The notes: a model not told the origin generated them from the letters alone. 64,000 nt of DNA from the human T2T-CHM13v2.0 reference genome, Homo sapiens (GCF_009914755.1 NC_060928.1), one strand, 5' to 3'; shown: positions 1-14,530, counted from the first letter of the stretch. Made by a program: numbers and translations.

Positions 1-481
1 ATCCTGTTTCCATGGATTGTTTGTAAACAGCTTTTGTTGCAATTGTTACTGCTGATTAATATCTTCCTAATCATAGGTTATGGAAAGACTGTGTTTCTGT
101 TCAAAGGCTCTGTTAGAAATTACTGACGTACACACTATATTGTAAACTCTTATTTTTCTATACTGTACTTCTACATACAAATGTACTGTACTTCTACATA
201 CAAATGTTATGTTAAAAATTACTTCATCCCGATGTGATCATCTCACCTCATAATCAAATGACCCTAAATCCCTCACTAACCTACCCCGCCCTCACTAAAC
301 TTAATAATAAATACTGGTATATCCAGTGTATTGTTGGCAGTGTGGGACCAGAAGGCAGTGACCCCCCTGGAACCAGCTTTCACTATCTTGTGTGTGTCTA
401 TTATTTCTCAACCTGCCGATCCGCCTGGGAACAAAGAGAGAGCCCCGTTGCATTGCGGGCTGAGGGCCAGATCCCGCAATA
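1..481 (+). mobile_element. 3' part of an ERVK-class LTR (MER11D-like), cut by the window edge
   Basis: AATAAA at about 306 followed by the terminus ...GAGCCCCGTTGCATTGCGGGCTGAGGGCCAGATCCCGCAATA, which I recall as the MER11D end. No internal proviral sequence follows. Contains a 23-bp tandem duplication at 161-206. Confidence 0.65.
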
Positions 482-500
482 GAGATATGGCAACATTTTA

Positions 501-869
<369 letters not shown>

Positions 870-2038
870 CTCCATATGGTTATGGCAAAGGTTTATTACT
901 TGTATCTTTGTATTCTTTATCATGCTCATTATGTAACTCACTTAGGACATGAATTAATTCAGTCAGTTTTTTATCACCAAGACCTAATGAACATTTTTTA
1001 AATTAATTTTCAAGTTTTTTCATCAAGATAATCTTCTTATGAATAAAATTTTACATTGTTGACTTAAATGCAGTGAAAACACATATCTTTAAATAGCAAT
1101 TAGTATACTGTAAATATAAAAACATTTATATAGACTTACACAACCTAAAACCAGCCATACTTTTGAAAAGTTGATATAAGGCAGATGATTTAAAATAATA
1201 AATTCACGTTAAGTGTATATATATATATATATCTGTTAATAAGATCTGAAGGAGTTAATCTATATTGAAATTTGGCAAATGTTTTATTTTTTTACTTACA
1301 AAAATTATTCTTTCCATATAATAAATTAATACATGCATAAATCACAGTACAGTGTAAGTACAGCAGGTACAGAATTAAAAATATTGTTGGATAGATAATG
1401 CACAACATTCCATTACTAACTTATATTCATTAATTGCTTAAAAAAATCACATTTATGTGCATACTTTCATTTTGCATATTTGACAGCCTTATGATGCAGT
1501 CATTAATATAACCATTTTCCAGTGAGAAAGATATGAGTTACGCACTTTTCTCAAGTTGAAATTAAATTTAATTTTAATTCCTCAGATTCCTTTTCTCCGT
1601 CTTTTTAAAATAACAAGTCTCAGGAGTGAAAAAGGATTGTGGGAATTTTGAAGTGAGTGCTCACTTGTGCCCCAGGGAAATTAAGAGAGGCTTCAGAGAG
1701 GGTGAAATGGAAATGAACATTGAGTGAAATACAGGAATTTTAGCTAAGAGAAGGCATTGTGAGAAGCAAATTTTATTAGAATCTATGTGCAAAGGAGAAT
1801 GAGTTGGAAATTTACCTGGACAAAGAAATAATAAATCAGGGTAGAAGGGCGTTATGATGAAAGAAAGAAATAATATAACACAGTGGAAGAAGGCTCTGGG
1901 TGCTAACTAGAAAAATTATCTTGTGATACTTTCTGGTTTTTTTTGTGACTTTAAAATATTTAATTTTACAACAACAAGGTGACTTTATTGTTATAAAGCA
2001 GAAAATTTTTGCTACCAATTCAAACATGAAAGAAAATG

Positions 2039-2097
2039 ACATTTATACATGCCACGTGTAAAAGCTCAACTCTTTTACACGTGGCATGTATAAATGT
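2039..2097. repeat. Perfect inverted repeat with 26-bp arms and a 7-nt loop
   Basis: ACATTTATACATGCCACGTGTAAAAG (2039-2064), CTCAACT, CTTTTACACGTGGCATGTATAAATGT (2072-2097); arms checked base by base. Confidence 0.97.
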
Positions 2098-2773
2098 ATA
2101 AGCTCAACTCTTTCTGCAGACACCGTGACAGAACTATTATGAAATTGTCCAAAAGGCTGAGTGACCTCCTGAAGGAAAAAAATAAATTTTATTGCAACAG
2201 AAAAAGAATATGTATTAATATTTCAAATAATTTTGAGAAAATATTATATAGAAAGTAGATTAAAATAATACAAAAATGGCATAATTGATGGACTGAATAG
2301 AAATGATACATTACTTTTCTAATGTAAATGGCATGGTTTGAGATTTGTCACAGGATGACAAAAATGAGTCTTTTAATACAGTAAATCTAGACTTTTTAAA
2401 AGTCTTGTTATAAATGGATAACTTGCTAATTCCTTAGGTTCATCATGATTTATATAAAAGTCCTTGTATGTGGTTTATCCATTATCCATTATATTCTTAG
2501 AAAAAGAGCAGGAAGTCATGTCAGCAGTTATGGTTGAGTAAAAATCTCCTAAAATCCTCTCCTCCATTAAATCATTAAGAATACTACTAAACATTGTCAA
2601 AGTCAACTTTTAAAACTCTGAAATTTACTAAGATCTTGTAGCAATCTAAGAAACATTTAGTCAAAAAAAGTAACTGGATCTCAGTAAAATATAGTGAGTA
2701 TTTTTACATTTCAACTTGCTGTATTTCCATTCCAAACACTTCTGCTCCATTGTAGTCTTAAAGCCCAACAATC

Positions 2774-3095
2774 CACTGGGTACTGTGGCTCATGCCTGTA
2801 ATCTAAACACCTTGGAAGGTGGAGTCAGGTGGATCACTTGAGCCAGGAGTTCAAGACTAGCCTGGGCAACTTAGGAAGACCCTGTCTCTACAAAAAATAA
2901 ATAATAATAACAGTAACTAGCCAGGCATGGTGGCGCTACTCTCAGCTACTCAGGAGGCTGATATGGGAGGATCGCTTGAGCCCAGGAGGTAAAGGCTGCA
3001 GTGAGCCATGAATGCACCCCTGCCCTCCAGACTGGGTAATAGAGTAAGACTCAATCTCAAAAACAAATAAAACAAAACAAAACAACCCCTTTCCA
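2774..3095 (+). mobile_element. AluJ
   Basis: Dimeric Alu with J diagnostics (GGGAGGATCGCTTGAGCCCAGGAGG, GGCTGCAGTGAGCCATG); CCAACAATC on both flanks as TSD. Confidence 0.92.
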
Positions 3096-5319
3096 AAACC
3101 AACAATCTAACAGCCATGGTAGTCATGTAAATCAGTAGCCTATCAGCTCACAGCAGAAGTAGAATAGATTTAGATTTGTCCAAAAGCCCCATTCCCAGGA
3201 AATTATTATTATGACCTCCACAGCAGTTCCTTGGAAACCCCCATTGTTTTTATGTGACCTAATGCAGAGCTTGCTAACTGCAAACAATTTTTTCCAAGGG
3301 TATATTTTGGAAAGGATTAGTGGTAATTGCTAAATTTGCAGCTACCTGAGGCAGTGATACCAGGTAGGAAAAACATGAAAGTGACTAAAAAACTTAAAAG
3401 TAAAACCTGAGGATTCACATGTCCACAGGAAGCTTTAAATAGCATCAATATATTTCTGGCAATCTAGAAAGACACAAACACGTACAGGGCGGTGGGCATA
3501 CCCAGGAAATACATGAGAAGTCACTAATTTCCTGCGTGTGGCTAACCTGGAGACACTTCACAAGCAGGAATTAAAGTTGTAATTGTAAACTCCCTATTGG
3601 AGCATTTGAAGACATGATTCAACATGCAAAGGAAGCCCATTGGCAAAGTCTGGGCAGCTCAATAGTTTAAGATATTTACGGAAATTTCTAATCATCAGTG
3701 ACAACTACACTAATAAGCAGAGAGTTTGGCAGTTATTGTATCGTGGTACAGACTTTACAGAATTCTTCAGGAAAATCACTATAAAAATAACAAACAACAA
3801 CAACAAAGCAATGGCAACAAACAGCAGCAACAACACAAAACACTGAAATGTGGCTTCTAGAGTTGCCATCTATGCTACGTGTCCCTAAATCAGCAAAGGA
3901 AGTTATGAGAATGGTGTTTCACCAAATAAAGAATATCAATACAAAGATAGAAATTGTAAAAAAAAAAAAAAAAAAAAAGAAAAAGAAACAAATATAAATT
4001 CTGGAATTGCAAAGTACAGTAACTGAAATGAAAATTTATGGAGAGGCTCAACATCAAACTTAACCTGGAAGAAGAATTGGTGAATAAAACAAAAGGATTA
4101 ATTAGCATTATCCAATCTGAGAAACAGAAAGACAAAGAATAAAGTAAATTAAGAGCATCAGGACATGTGGGACCAACAAGTGGCTCAATATTTACACAAT
4201 GAGATTTCAAGGAGAGAAGATAGAGAAAGAAATAGAAAAAAAATGAAAAAATAATTACAAAAATTTTCTCAAATTTGATGAAAGCTATTAATTTACACAT
4301 CTGAGAAACTCAACAGACTTTAAGTGGTATAAACTCAATGAGATCCACTCATAGGCACATCATTATCAAACTGTCAAAAGCTAAATGGAAAGAAAGGATC
4401 TTTAATATTCTGAGAGAAGCACCTCATAACACACAGTATTATACTACACAATACTATAAGACAATTAGACCTAACAGGCTTCTATTTAACACACCTTTTC
4501 TACAGCAGCAAAATGCATATTCTTCATAAGTGCACATGGAACATTTTATGGGGCTGATCATATTTGAGGCCACTAAACAAATCTCAATAATTTTGAAAGA
4601 ATTAAATCATGTAATAATTTTATAAACCTAATAAAATGACAAATTAACTACAGTAGGAAAATTTGGAAAATCACAGTAACAGGAGAATTTAACAACACAT
4701 TTCTAAGTAATTAACTGGTCGAAGAATAAATCACAAGAAAAATTAGAAAATATTTTGAGGTGAGTTACATTGAAAATATAATATTCCCAAACTTGTGGGA
4801 TGTGACTTAAGTAACACTTAGGAGGGTTTCTATAGCTGTGGAGTCCTATATTGAAAAAGAAGAAATATCTCTAATAACTGAACTTTCCAACTTAAGAAAC
4901 TAGAAAATAAATAACAAAGTAAACTCAAAGCAAGGAAAAAGAAATAATGAAATTATAAGTAAAATAAATGAAATAGAAAACAGAAAAACAACAGTGAATC
5001 AACAAAACCAAAATTTGTTATTTGAAATAATCAGTAAAAATTGATAATGGTTTAGGTAGACTGACAAAGCGAAAAGAAAAAATATCGAGTTAATAAAACC
5101 AGGAATGAAAGAGGGCATATAACTAACAAATTTACAGAAATAAAAAAAATTATAAGAGAATATTGGGAACAATTGCACGCCAACAAATCAGATAACATGA
5201 ACAAAATGAACCTATTTCTAAAAAGAGAATAACTATGGAAACTGACTCAAGATCAAATAAAAAATATGAATAGACCTATAAGAAGCAGAAAAATTAAATT
5301 AGAAATTTAAAAACTTCAT

Positions 5320-5320
<1 letters not shown>

Positions 5321-5358
<38 letters not shown>
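5321..5358. repeat. (CA)19 microsatellite
   Basis: Read directly. Confidence 0.97.
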
Positions 5359-5363
<5 letters not shown>

Positions 5364-5678
5364 CCCAGACCCAGATAGCTAAGCTGGTGTACCTAACAAA
5401 CAAAAATTCATAAAAAGCATTATTGTCAGTCTTTCACAGACTTTTTCAAACATTAGGAGAAGACAATACTTGCCAATTCATCCTTTGATGCAGTAAAATC
5501 CTAAGAACTAACAACAAAGACCTTCATAGGAATAGAACACTGTGGGCCAAGGTCCCTTATAGATATAGACACATAGACACAAAAACTTTCAACAGAATGT
5601 TAGCAAATTAAATCTAGCAACATATGAAATGAGTTATATACTATGACTTAGTGGATGTTTTCCACTATTACAAAATTA

Positions 5679-5856
5679 GTATATTAGTTTTCTACTGCTG
5701 CTGTAGAAAATTACCAGAAACTTAGTGGTCTAAAACACAAATTTTTATCTTAGATTTGTGTAGGTTAGAACTCCCGGATAGGTCCCACTGGGTTAAAATA
5801 AAGGTCTTGGCAGATCTTCATTCCCTTCTGGAGGCTGTAAGGGAGAATCCATTTCA
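5679..5856 (-). mobile_element. MLT1 (MaLR) LTR fragment
   Basis: TATTAGTTTTCTACTGCTGCTGTAGAAAATTACCAGAAACTTAGTGG...CTGGAGGCTGTAAGGGAGAATCC resembles the reverse complement of the MLT1 3' end. Confidence 0.75.
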
Positions 5857-5875
5857 CTATATCTGCTCAAAGGGG

Positions 5876-6560
5876 TTCATTCATTCATTGATTCTAATAA
5901 TATTCATTTAGTTAGTATATATGCCGTGTACTATTCTGGGATCTTGGGTACTTGAGGCAATTAAGGAAACAAATAATTTCTCTTATCGATGCTAGTTGAA
6001 GGATTTAGACAATAAACAGGAAACTTAAAAATAAGTTGCTAATTTTTTGTTGTTGTTGAGATCTAGACACTGCAATGACAAATAATGCAGTGCAGGATAA
6101 ACGAAGGTTGGGGTGTGGGCCAGTTTTAAATTTTAAAATTAAGTTGTAATTTTTTAAACTGTGGACAGCTTTATTGGGAAAGTGACATTTTACCAAAGAT
6201 TAACAAAGTAGTCAAGAGACTGTGTCATGAGGTGGTCTGGGAGATGAGAATTCTGCATAGAGGAGATTGCCAGTTTCCAAGCTGTAAGATAGAAAGACAC
6301 TCAGTAAATTTAATCAATAGCCCAGTAACCAATATGGCTGGTAAAGAATAAGCAACAACAAGGGAGAAGGAGAAGAGTTCAAGAGAAGTAAGAGGGCAGA
6401 GTTTTAATAGGGCTTATAATTTTATTTGAACGGTTTTGGCTTTTTCTCTAAGTGACATAGAAAGCCACTGCAGGTTTATGAGCAGTGAATTGGTGTAATC
6501 TGACTTAATCTGTTAATAGAATTACTCTGGGTAGTGTTTTGGGAATAGTTTATAATAGCA
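5876..6560 (-). mobile_element. L2 3' fragment
   Basis: Starts with the (TTCA)n L2 tail in reverse complement; contains GAAAGCCACTGCAGGTTTATGAGCAG...AATCTGACTT...ATTACTCTGG. Confidence 0.7.
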
Positions 6561-6564
6561 ATAG

Positions 6565-7090
6565 CTCTTCCTGACCCTATTCCCCTTATGTTCAATCTAT
6601 CATTCACATTTTCTACTAGAAAGGCCTTTATAAAACAGAAAGTACATAACGCTATTATCTAGTGCCAAACTCTGTGGTGAGTATTTATTGAAATAAAAGA
6701 GTTGTGCCCTGTGGTGTTCTGTGTTATCCAGTCACTGCCTCCCCCTTTAGCCTCATCTAATGTCACTCATCCCATCTGTCACTGTGCTCCAACCATATTG
6801 ATACTTCCTTTTCAGGAAATTCAGCTATTTCAGACAGATATTTTATACAGATTTCTTTTATTCTGCCTGAGAGCAATTCTGTACACTCTTTTGCAGATTA
6901 AATCTTACGTATTCTTAAAGTCTCAACTTGAATGTCACACACTCAGGAAGGCTTTCTCTGAACACTAAACTGAGTTAGGTTTCCTGATATAATTGTTCAA
7001 TGTGATTAGTCTTCCCTCATGCACTGTGAGCTCCATGGTAATAAGGATTATGTTCCTTTTTGTTTCTCTTACAGTAGTTGAACCTAGAAT
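6565..7090 (+). mobile_element. L2 fragment, opposite orientation to the previous one
   Basis: AAGTCTCAACTTGAATGTCAC...CTCAGGAAGGCTTTCTCTGA and ACTGTGAGCTCCATG motifs. Confidence 0.65.
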
Positions 7091-8802
7091 CAGTTATTTT
7101 CTCTATCCACAGAAAGTATGTCAACCCAATTCCATCTTACACTTTCTAGTTATATGAATTATAACATAACATTGATAAAGAATGAACACATTTTAGCAAA
7201 GCTAAGTGACCATTAGAGGTGTCTTTCAACTTCTCTGACAAATTTCATTCGTTTCTCATTATCACGTGATATATTTTTGTAATGAGTACTTGGGTTTTAC
7301 ATAAAACATGCGTTTTAAAGTGAGAATGCGTGATAAATATCAAAGTAACACATTAAGGCTCTTATGTAACATATCTTGCTTTTTTTAGTTTCTTTCTTTA
7401 GTAGACTTTACCTTGTGGAACTTTGTTTCGCTTTTTAATAGCATTTTATTCTACATTGGTATGGTGATTACCATGACTTTCACTGAGAACAGCCAATATT
7501 AAGCAAAACTTGCCATAATATTATGGGGTCATTTTAATTCTCTTTGTCTTCAAAAATTTGTCAAGAAAGCAAGGTAAGTCATATTGAAGAACATTCCTTT
7601 CCATTTTACAGATATAATTGAAATATAACTGCATCTCACAAATGATGGAAAAGATGAATAACAATAAAACCAATTTTTACATTTTAGATAAGATTTGTTT
7701 AATATAAATGGCCAAGGTGTGGCAGATACTCATGCATGCATCTTGAACATAATTTTGTTTCAATGTGCAGGGGATTTTAGAAAAGTGTGCAGGCATTGGA
7801 AATTATGTTGAATGCCTATGTTCTCTTTCGACAAAGATTTTTAGAAGGATTACTCTAAATAATTTTTAAATCAATAATTATTTTTTTTCCCAATCAAGTA
7901 AATATTGACTTAGAGGAAGATATATACCTTGTCTCTATTTCTGGGAAATAATGCTTTAATTGCTGTTTGTCATTTCATGTTAAATAAATTCATATATTTG
8001 TTAAAAGAAGTGACACTAAATGCTTAAAAGAGATACCCATTGACTTTACATTGTTTTGCTGGGACTTACAGCATGATATTCTGGCTTTCTTTTTACTACT
8101 TGGTCTTTGCATATCAGTTTTGTAAGAGATATAATCAGACAATATATTAGTGTATTTTTTGAGGCATTAATATGAGAGCCTGACAGCATTACCTCTAATG
8201 TTTATATCACCATAAAATTGGTTTATAGTGATACAATTAGTAATGTTAAACCTAGCTATTATAAGAAGTAGTACTGATTGTTCCACAGTAAATCTCACTT
8301 TATAGTGACATAAATGAACAATATTTGTGCCATCATGGTTTATGGCATCAAGTAATCTCATGGGAACAAATAACAGTTATCCTGAATGCTCTAATCTTAC
8401 AGATAAACTATCCATTCATGTTACATTTTAAATCAATATTACTATGATTCACATGCTCTTTTGACTACCTAAAGTTATGAAGGTTTATTTTTTAGCAAAA
8501 ATATCACAAGTTACATACTTTGAAATATTGTGTATCATTAAAATTTTAAATATTTTTTTCTTCTGAATGCTATTTGGATATTTTATATTCTCATTAGGAT
8601 ATGAAAGAAGAGCATTTGCATTTTACTTATGCATTTTTTTGCATAAGTCATTTTGTGATGATAGTATAACCTGTATTTTAAACAAGTTTTATTCAATTGC
8701 AAGTTTTCTTTTAATACATAGTGTACTCATGCCAGTAATACTCAAAGTCATGGATGTTTAATTAAATTATTGTAAATCGATTTGTTTTTACAATACCATA
8801 AC

Positions 8803-11084
8803 TACATTAGTCCATTCTCATGCTGCTATAAATAACTGCCTGAAACTGGGTAATTTATAAAGGAAAGAGGTTTAATTGACTCACAATTCTGCATGGCTGA
8901 GGAGGCCTCAGAAAACTTATAATCATGGCAGAAGGGTAAGCAAACATGTCCTTCTTCACATGATGGCAGAAAGGAGAAGTGTAGAGTGAAAGGGTTGTGG
9001 AGGAACCTCTTATAAAAACCATCAGATCTCATGAGAACTTACTCACTGTCATGAGAACAGCATGGGGGTAACATCCCCTATGATTTAATGATCTCCCACC
9101 TAGTGCCTCCCACAACACGTGGGGATAATGGGAACTACAATTCAAGATGAGATTTGGGTGGGGTAAGAGCCAAATCATATCATTTCACCCATGGCCCTCC
9201 CAAATCTCATGTCCTCACGTTTCAAAACACAATCATGCTTTCCCAGCATTCCCCCAAAGTATTAACTCATTTCAGCATTAATTCAAAAGTCCATAGTCCA
9301 AATTCTCATCTGAGACAAGGCAAGTTCCTTCCTCCTATGAGCCTGTACAATCAAAAGCACGTTATTACTTCCTAGATACAATGGGTGTACAAGCATTAGG
9401 TAAATTCATCCATTTCAAATGAAAGAAACTTGCCAAAACAAGGGGGATATAGGACGCATGCAAGTCCAAAATCCAATAGGTCAGTCATTAAACCTTAAAG
9501 TTACAAAATGATCTCCCTTGACTCAATGTTTCACATCAGGGTCATGCTTATACAAGAGGTGGGCTCCCATGGCCTTGGGCAGCTCCACCTCTGTGGGCTT
9601 TCTGGGTACAGCCCCCTCTGGACTGCCTTCATGGGCTGGTGTTGAGTGCCTGTGGCTTTTCCAGGTGCACAGTGCAAGCTGTCCGTGGATCTACCATTCT
9701 TGGGTCTAGAGGATGGTAGCCCTCTCCTCCCAGAACCACTAGTAGTGTCCCAGCAGGGACTCTGTGTGGGAGTTCCAACCCCACATTTCCCTTCCGCACT
9801 GCCCTACCAGAGGTTCTCAATGAGGACTCCATCCCTGCAGCAAACTTCTGCCTGCACATTCGGGTATTTCCACGTCTTCTGAAATCTAGGCAGAGGTTCC
9901 CGAACCTCAATTCCAGACTGCACCAGCAGGCTCAACACCACAAGGAAGCTGTCAAGGCTTGGGGCTTGCACACTCTGAAGCCATGGTCTGAGCTGTACCT
10001 TGGTCCCTTTTAGCCAGGGTTAGAGTGGCTAGGATGCAGGGCACCAAGTCCCTAGGCTGCACACAGCAGACGGGACCTGGACCTTGCCCACAAAAGCATT
10101 TTTTTTTTTCTCCTAGGGCTCTGGGCCAGTGATGGTAGGGGCTGCCACAAAGGTCTCTGTCATGTCCTGAAGACATTTTCCTTATTGTCTTGGTAATTAA
10201 CATTCTGGTCCTCATCACTTATGCAAATTTCTATAGCAGGCTTGAATTTCTCCCCAGAAAATGGGTTTTCCTTTTCTACTGCATTATCAGACTGCATATT
10301 TTCCAAATTTTTATGCTCTGTCATTTCTTGAATGCTTTTCTGCTTAGAAATTTCTTCTGCTAGATATCCAAAATTATCTCTCTCAAGTTCAAAGTTCCAC
10401 AGGTCTCTAAGGTAGGGGCAAAATGCTGTCAGGCTTTTTGCTAAAGCAAAGCAAGGGTAACCTTTACTCCAGTTCCGAACAAGTTCCCCATCTTTGTCTG
10501 AGACGACCTCAGCCTGGACTTCATTGTCCATATCAGTATCAACATTTTGGTCAAAGCCATTCAACAAGTCTCTAAGGAGTTCCGAACTTTCCCATATCTT
10601 TCTGTTTTCTTCTGAGCCCTTCAAACTCTTTCAGCCTCTGTTTCAAAGTTGCTTCCATATTTTTGGGCAGCCTTGTAACAGCACCCCACTCTCTGTGGCA
10701 TGAATTTACTGTATTAGTCTGTTCTCACTTTACCATAAAGAACTCTCTGAGACTGGATAATTTATAAAGGAAACAGGCTTAATTGTTTCACAGTTCCACA
10801 GGACTGGGGATGTCTCAGGAAACTTACAATCATGGTGGAAAGGGAAGCACACATGCCCTTCTTCACACAATGGCAAGAAGGAGAAGTGCAGAGTGATTTG
10901 GGGGTCGGGGAGCTCCTCATAAAACCGTCAGATCTCAGGAAAACTCACTGTCATGAGAACAGCATGGAGGTAACCTCCCCCATGATTCAATGACCTCCTA
11001 CTGGGTCCCTTCCACAGCACATGGGGATTATGGGAACTACAATTCAAGATGAGATTTGAGTGGGAACACAGCCTAACTGTATCA
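8803..11084 (-). mobile_element. Complete THE1C-like MaLR element (LTRs 8803-9182 and 10710-11084 with the internal region)
   Basis: Two ~375-bp direct LTRs (..ATTAGTC.. to ..CATATCA/..TGTATCA), ~1.5-kb THE1 internal region with MaLR ORF remnants (10160-10624), near-TSD ATAAC / ATAAA. Confidence 0.93.
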
Positions 11085-11312
11085 ATAAAGTTGACTAAAT
11101 AACATATTAGTTGAATTATTATTTGTCAATTTTATTTGTCAGGATAGATATGACATAGCTTGATATTCAATAATACAACAATCTTACTGATATAGAACAT
11201 TACTAGTTCTTGTTTATAACATTTTAGTCAAATCATTAGACACTTGTTTTCCATAAAGGAATTATGGAGGCCAAGAAAGCATTCATTATCTTATCACTGC
11301 ATCATATTGAAA

Positions 11313-12399
11313 TATTGGGGGAACCTGCCCCCGATAGTCAAGTAGGTTCTTTTCTATTTTCCCTAAGTGTCAACCTGTCTGAGAAATAAAGGGAAAGAGT
11401 ACAAAAGAGAGAAATTTTAAAACTGGGTGTCCAGGGGAGACATCACATGTCGGCAGGTTCTGTGATGCCCCCTGAGCCATAAAACCAGCAAGTTTTTATT
11501 AGTGATTTTCAAAAGGGGAGGGAGTGTACGAATAGGGTGTGGGTCACAGAGATCACATGTTTCACAAGGTAATAAGATATCACAAGGCAAATGGAGGCAG
11601 GACCAGATCACAGGACCACAGGACCAGGGCAAAATTAAAATTGCTAATGAAGTTTTGGGCATGCATTGTCATTGATAACATCTTATCAGGAGACAGGGTT
11701 TGAGAGCAGACAACTGGTCTGACCAAAATTTATTAGGCGGGAATTTCCTCATCCTAATAAGCCTGGGAGCACTACAGGAGACCATGGTTTATTTCATCCC
11801 TACAGCTGCAACCGTAAAAGATGACCACCCCTGCAGTGGCCATTTCAGAGGCCTACCCTCAGGGATGCATTCTCTTTCTCAGGGATGTTCCTGCTGAGAA
11901 AAATAATTCAGTGATATTTCTCCCATTTGCTTTTGAAAGAGGAGAAATATGGCTCTGTTCCATCCGGCTCACTGGCAGTCAGAGTTTAAGGTTATCTCTC
12001 TTGTCCCCTGAACATTGCTGTTAACCTGTTCTTTTTTCAATGTGCCCAGATTTCATATTGTTCAAACACATATGCTCTACAAACAATTTGTGCAGTTAAC
12101 GCAATCATCACAGGGTCCTGAGGTGACATACATCCTCCTCAGTTTAGGAAGATGATGGGATTAAGAGATTAAAGTAAAGACAAGCATAGGAAATCACCAG
12201 GGTATTGATTGGGGAAGTGATAAGTGTCCATGAAATCTTCACAATTTATGTTCAGAGATTGCAGTGAAGACAGACGTAAGAAATTATAAAAGTATTAATT
12301 TGGGAAACTAATAAATATCCATGAAATCTTCACAATTTATGTTCTTCTGCCATGGCTTCACCCGGACCCTCAGTTTGGGGACCCTGACTTCCTGCAACA
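11313..12399 (-). mobile_element. MER11 solo LTR (HERV-K HML-8)
   Basis: Minus strand begins TGTTGCAGGAAGTCAGGG...GCCATGGCAGAAGAACATAAATTGTGAAGATTTCATGG and ends GGTTCCCCCAATA; 1087 bp; perfect 6-bp TSD TTGAAA (11307-11312, 12400-12405). Confidence 0.93.
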
Positions 12400-14379
12400 T
12401 TGAAAAGGTTACAGAATTCCAGAGGCTCCCAAACTGGCAATTACATGCTTTGGCTAAGAAGCAATATGTATTACTTCTGATCACAAAATACTGGCTTTCA
12501 TTAGTCACATTGCCACTTTCAGCTGTGTGAAACTAAAACATGCAGTTACACATGTGCCTCAAAGATGTGAACAGATAATATTATTAATATATTAGAAATG
12601 TCTACCACTCATTGGAGCATTGGTCTGTTATATGTTAAAATAAACGTATATGTTTCCATCATTACTTATTAGAAAACAAGATGCTATAAGCTATTAACTA
12701 AATCAACTTTCTCCTGTAAACTGAACAGTCTCAAAAATTTTGCAATTCTTTATAGACATTAAAACATTATTATATTTGTGCTTTAATTTTGAATACATGG
12801 AACAAACATTCTTAGAAATAATTGCTTCAATGTAAAAGAATCCATTGTATTCATGGGTTCATTTCACATACCTGGCAGCATGTGATTCATTACATTAAAT
12901 TATGTTAAAGTATTTTTAATATTTGAAAACATGTTATATATCTAAAATGTTGTTATTGGTTAATTTTCTTTAGTATAATACTTTGGATAATACTTATGAT
13001 CTGAATCATATATTGTTTACACTAATATTTTATTGTTGATTCAACTCTTCCTTCATTATTTTCTTTATATTAAATGATATTGCTTGTAGACCCTTTTGTT
13101 CCAAAACCATACATTTTATAGTTCGTGTTGTAACTATGGTACCAAGGAATTGAAAACTCAAAAAATGTATCTGATTCTATCTGGCTAAATGGGAAAAGAG
13201 GTATTTATCTGATAGAGAACTGGACTATGTGAGTATCAGTAGAACTCCTCATGATGGCAAAAGGAGAGGAAAAAAAAATGTATGACCAACGTGCGTTTTC
13301 TGTTAGATGATAGGCTTGGGTTAAAAAACACCAAGGAGAAATGTGTATACATACCTTCTGTAAATGATCTGACAGAGATCAGAAAATAACTGTGAGGAGG
13401 CCATGAACAGCAGAATTTCATAGATGTTTGCAATAAACTCAGAAACATTTGATTATATTTTGTAATCTATACTGACAAGCTGAGATAAATGGGAGAATGC
13501 ATACACATTTTCAACTTTTACATTTTGTGTTTGTTGGAGAATGTATCTCAAGTTTATGGGAAAGTTATGAGGAATGTAAAAGTTCAAGTGTAGGATTTTC
13601 TTTCTTCTCAGTAATTAAACCATGTCTAGTATGCCTTTTCCTTAATCCCACCTGATTTATGTTTGACCCAAGCAGTAATTTATTCAAGTTTTACAAAATG
13701 TTCTACTTGTCCATTAAGATTTCTATGTGTTCCTGAGTGCATTACTTACTGAGTTATTCTTATGATAATCTTCATTTTTCATAAGTCAATTTTTATATTA
13801 CTCTCTCTGGTTCTATTGCTTTAAATTTCTACATTGAACAGAGCAGTCCTCAGGAGCAAAATGCATTCGTGAGTGTCTGGTGGTTTGCTGACATTGATGC
13901 TAAATTATTTAAGTTGCTTGGAGGATAAAAGTTGCTTGAAGTTTATGTAGTATTTTTAAAAGCATTGTTTCTGTTCACATTTTTAAGCTAAAAGACAAAT
14001 TCCTGCAATATCTTCAATATAGCTCAATAAATATAAACTGATTTATTATATCCCGTATTTGTTTTACTGTTTAAATAAATGATTAATCTTATTCTATTTT
14101 AATGATTAGCTTATTTTACCTTTTCTGCTGAAATTTCACTATGTTTCCTTTTTTCTTTCACTCCCTAAATAAAGTTAGGGGGAATTTCTGATCTCCTGGC
14201 CTGCCCACGGTTATTTTCTGTTCTCTGTCAGATCATTTGCAGGAAGGGCACACATAAATTTCTGTTTTACTTTTAGCACATTTTCTTTTATTGGTTAACT
14301 TAAACATGAAGCTAAAACGTTTATAGATACACAAGATACTTACCAGATTATGTATGGGCTACAAATAACCTCCTATTTT

Positions 14380-14530
14380 AGTGAACAACATAGCTAGAAG
14401 CCTGGATTCCACACAGTTTTGCTAATAACTAACTATAAGACTTTAGAAATGTCACATAACCTCAACGGAATTCACAATTTTAATCTGAGAAGTGAAAATA
14501 AAATTTCTAGATTATCTCCAAGTATTTTTA
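14380..14530 (+). mobile_element. MIR fragment
   Basis: Degenerate core: CCTGGATTC...ACTAACTATAAGACTTTAGAAATGTCACATAACCTC. Confidence 0.5.

Larger units (their letters stand above)
2509..5675 (+). mobile_element. Old L1M relic (5' UTR, ORF1 and ORF2 fragments), interrupted by an AluJ
   Basis: A-rich + strand; ORF1-like 'RHIIIKLSKAK' at about 4350; ORF2-like ATTCTTCATAAGTGCACATGGAACATT and AACAAATCAGATAACATGAACAAAATG. Boundaries approximate. Confidence 0.75.

Noticed and set aside
9629-10624. MaLR internal ORFs, similar to frames at 23000-24400
   Set aside because: Ordinary decayed THE1 internal sequence; the similarity reflects family membership.
12226-12343. Direct repeat TCCATGAAATCTTCACAATTTATGTTC
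   Set aside because: As I recall, a built-in feature of the MER11 consensus.
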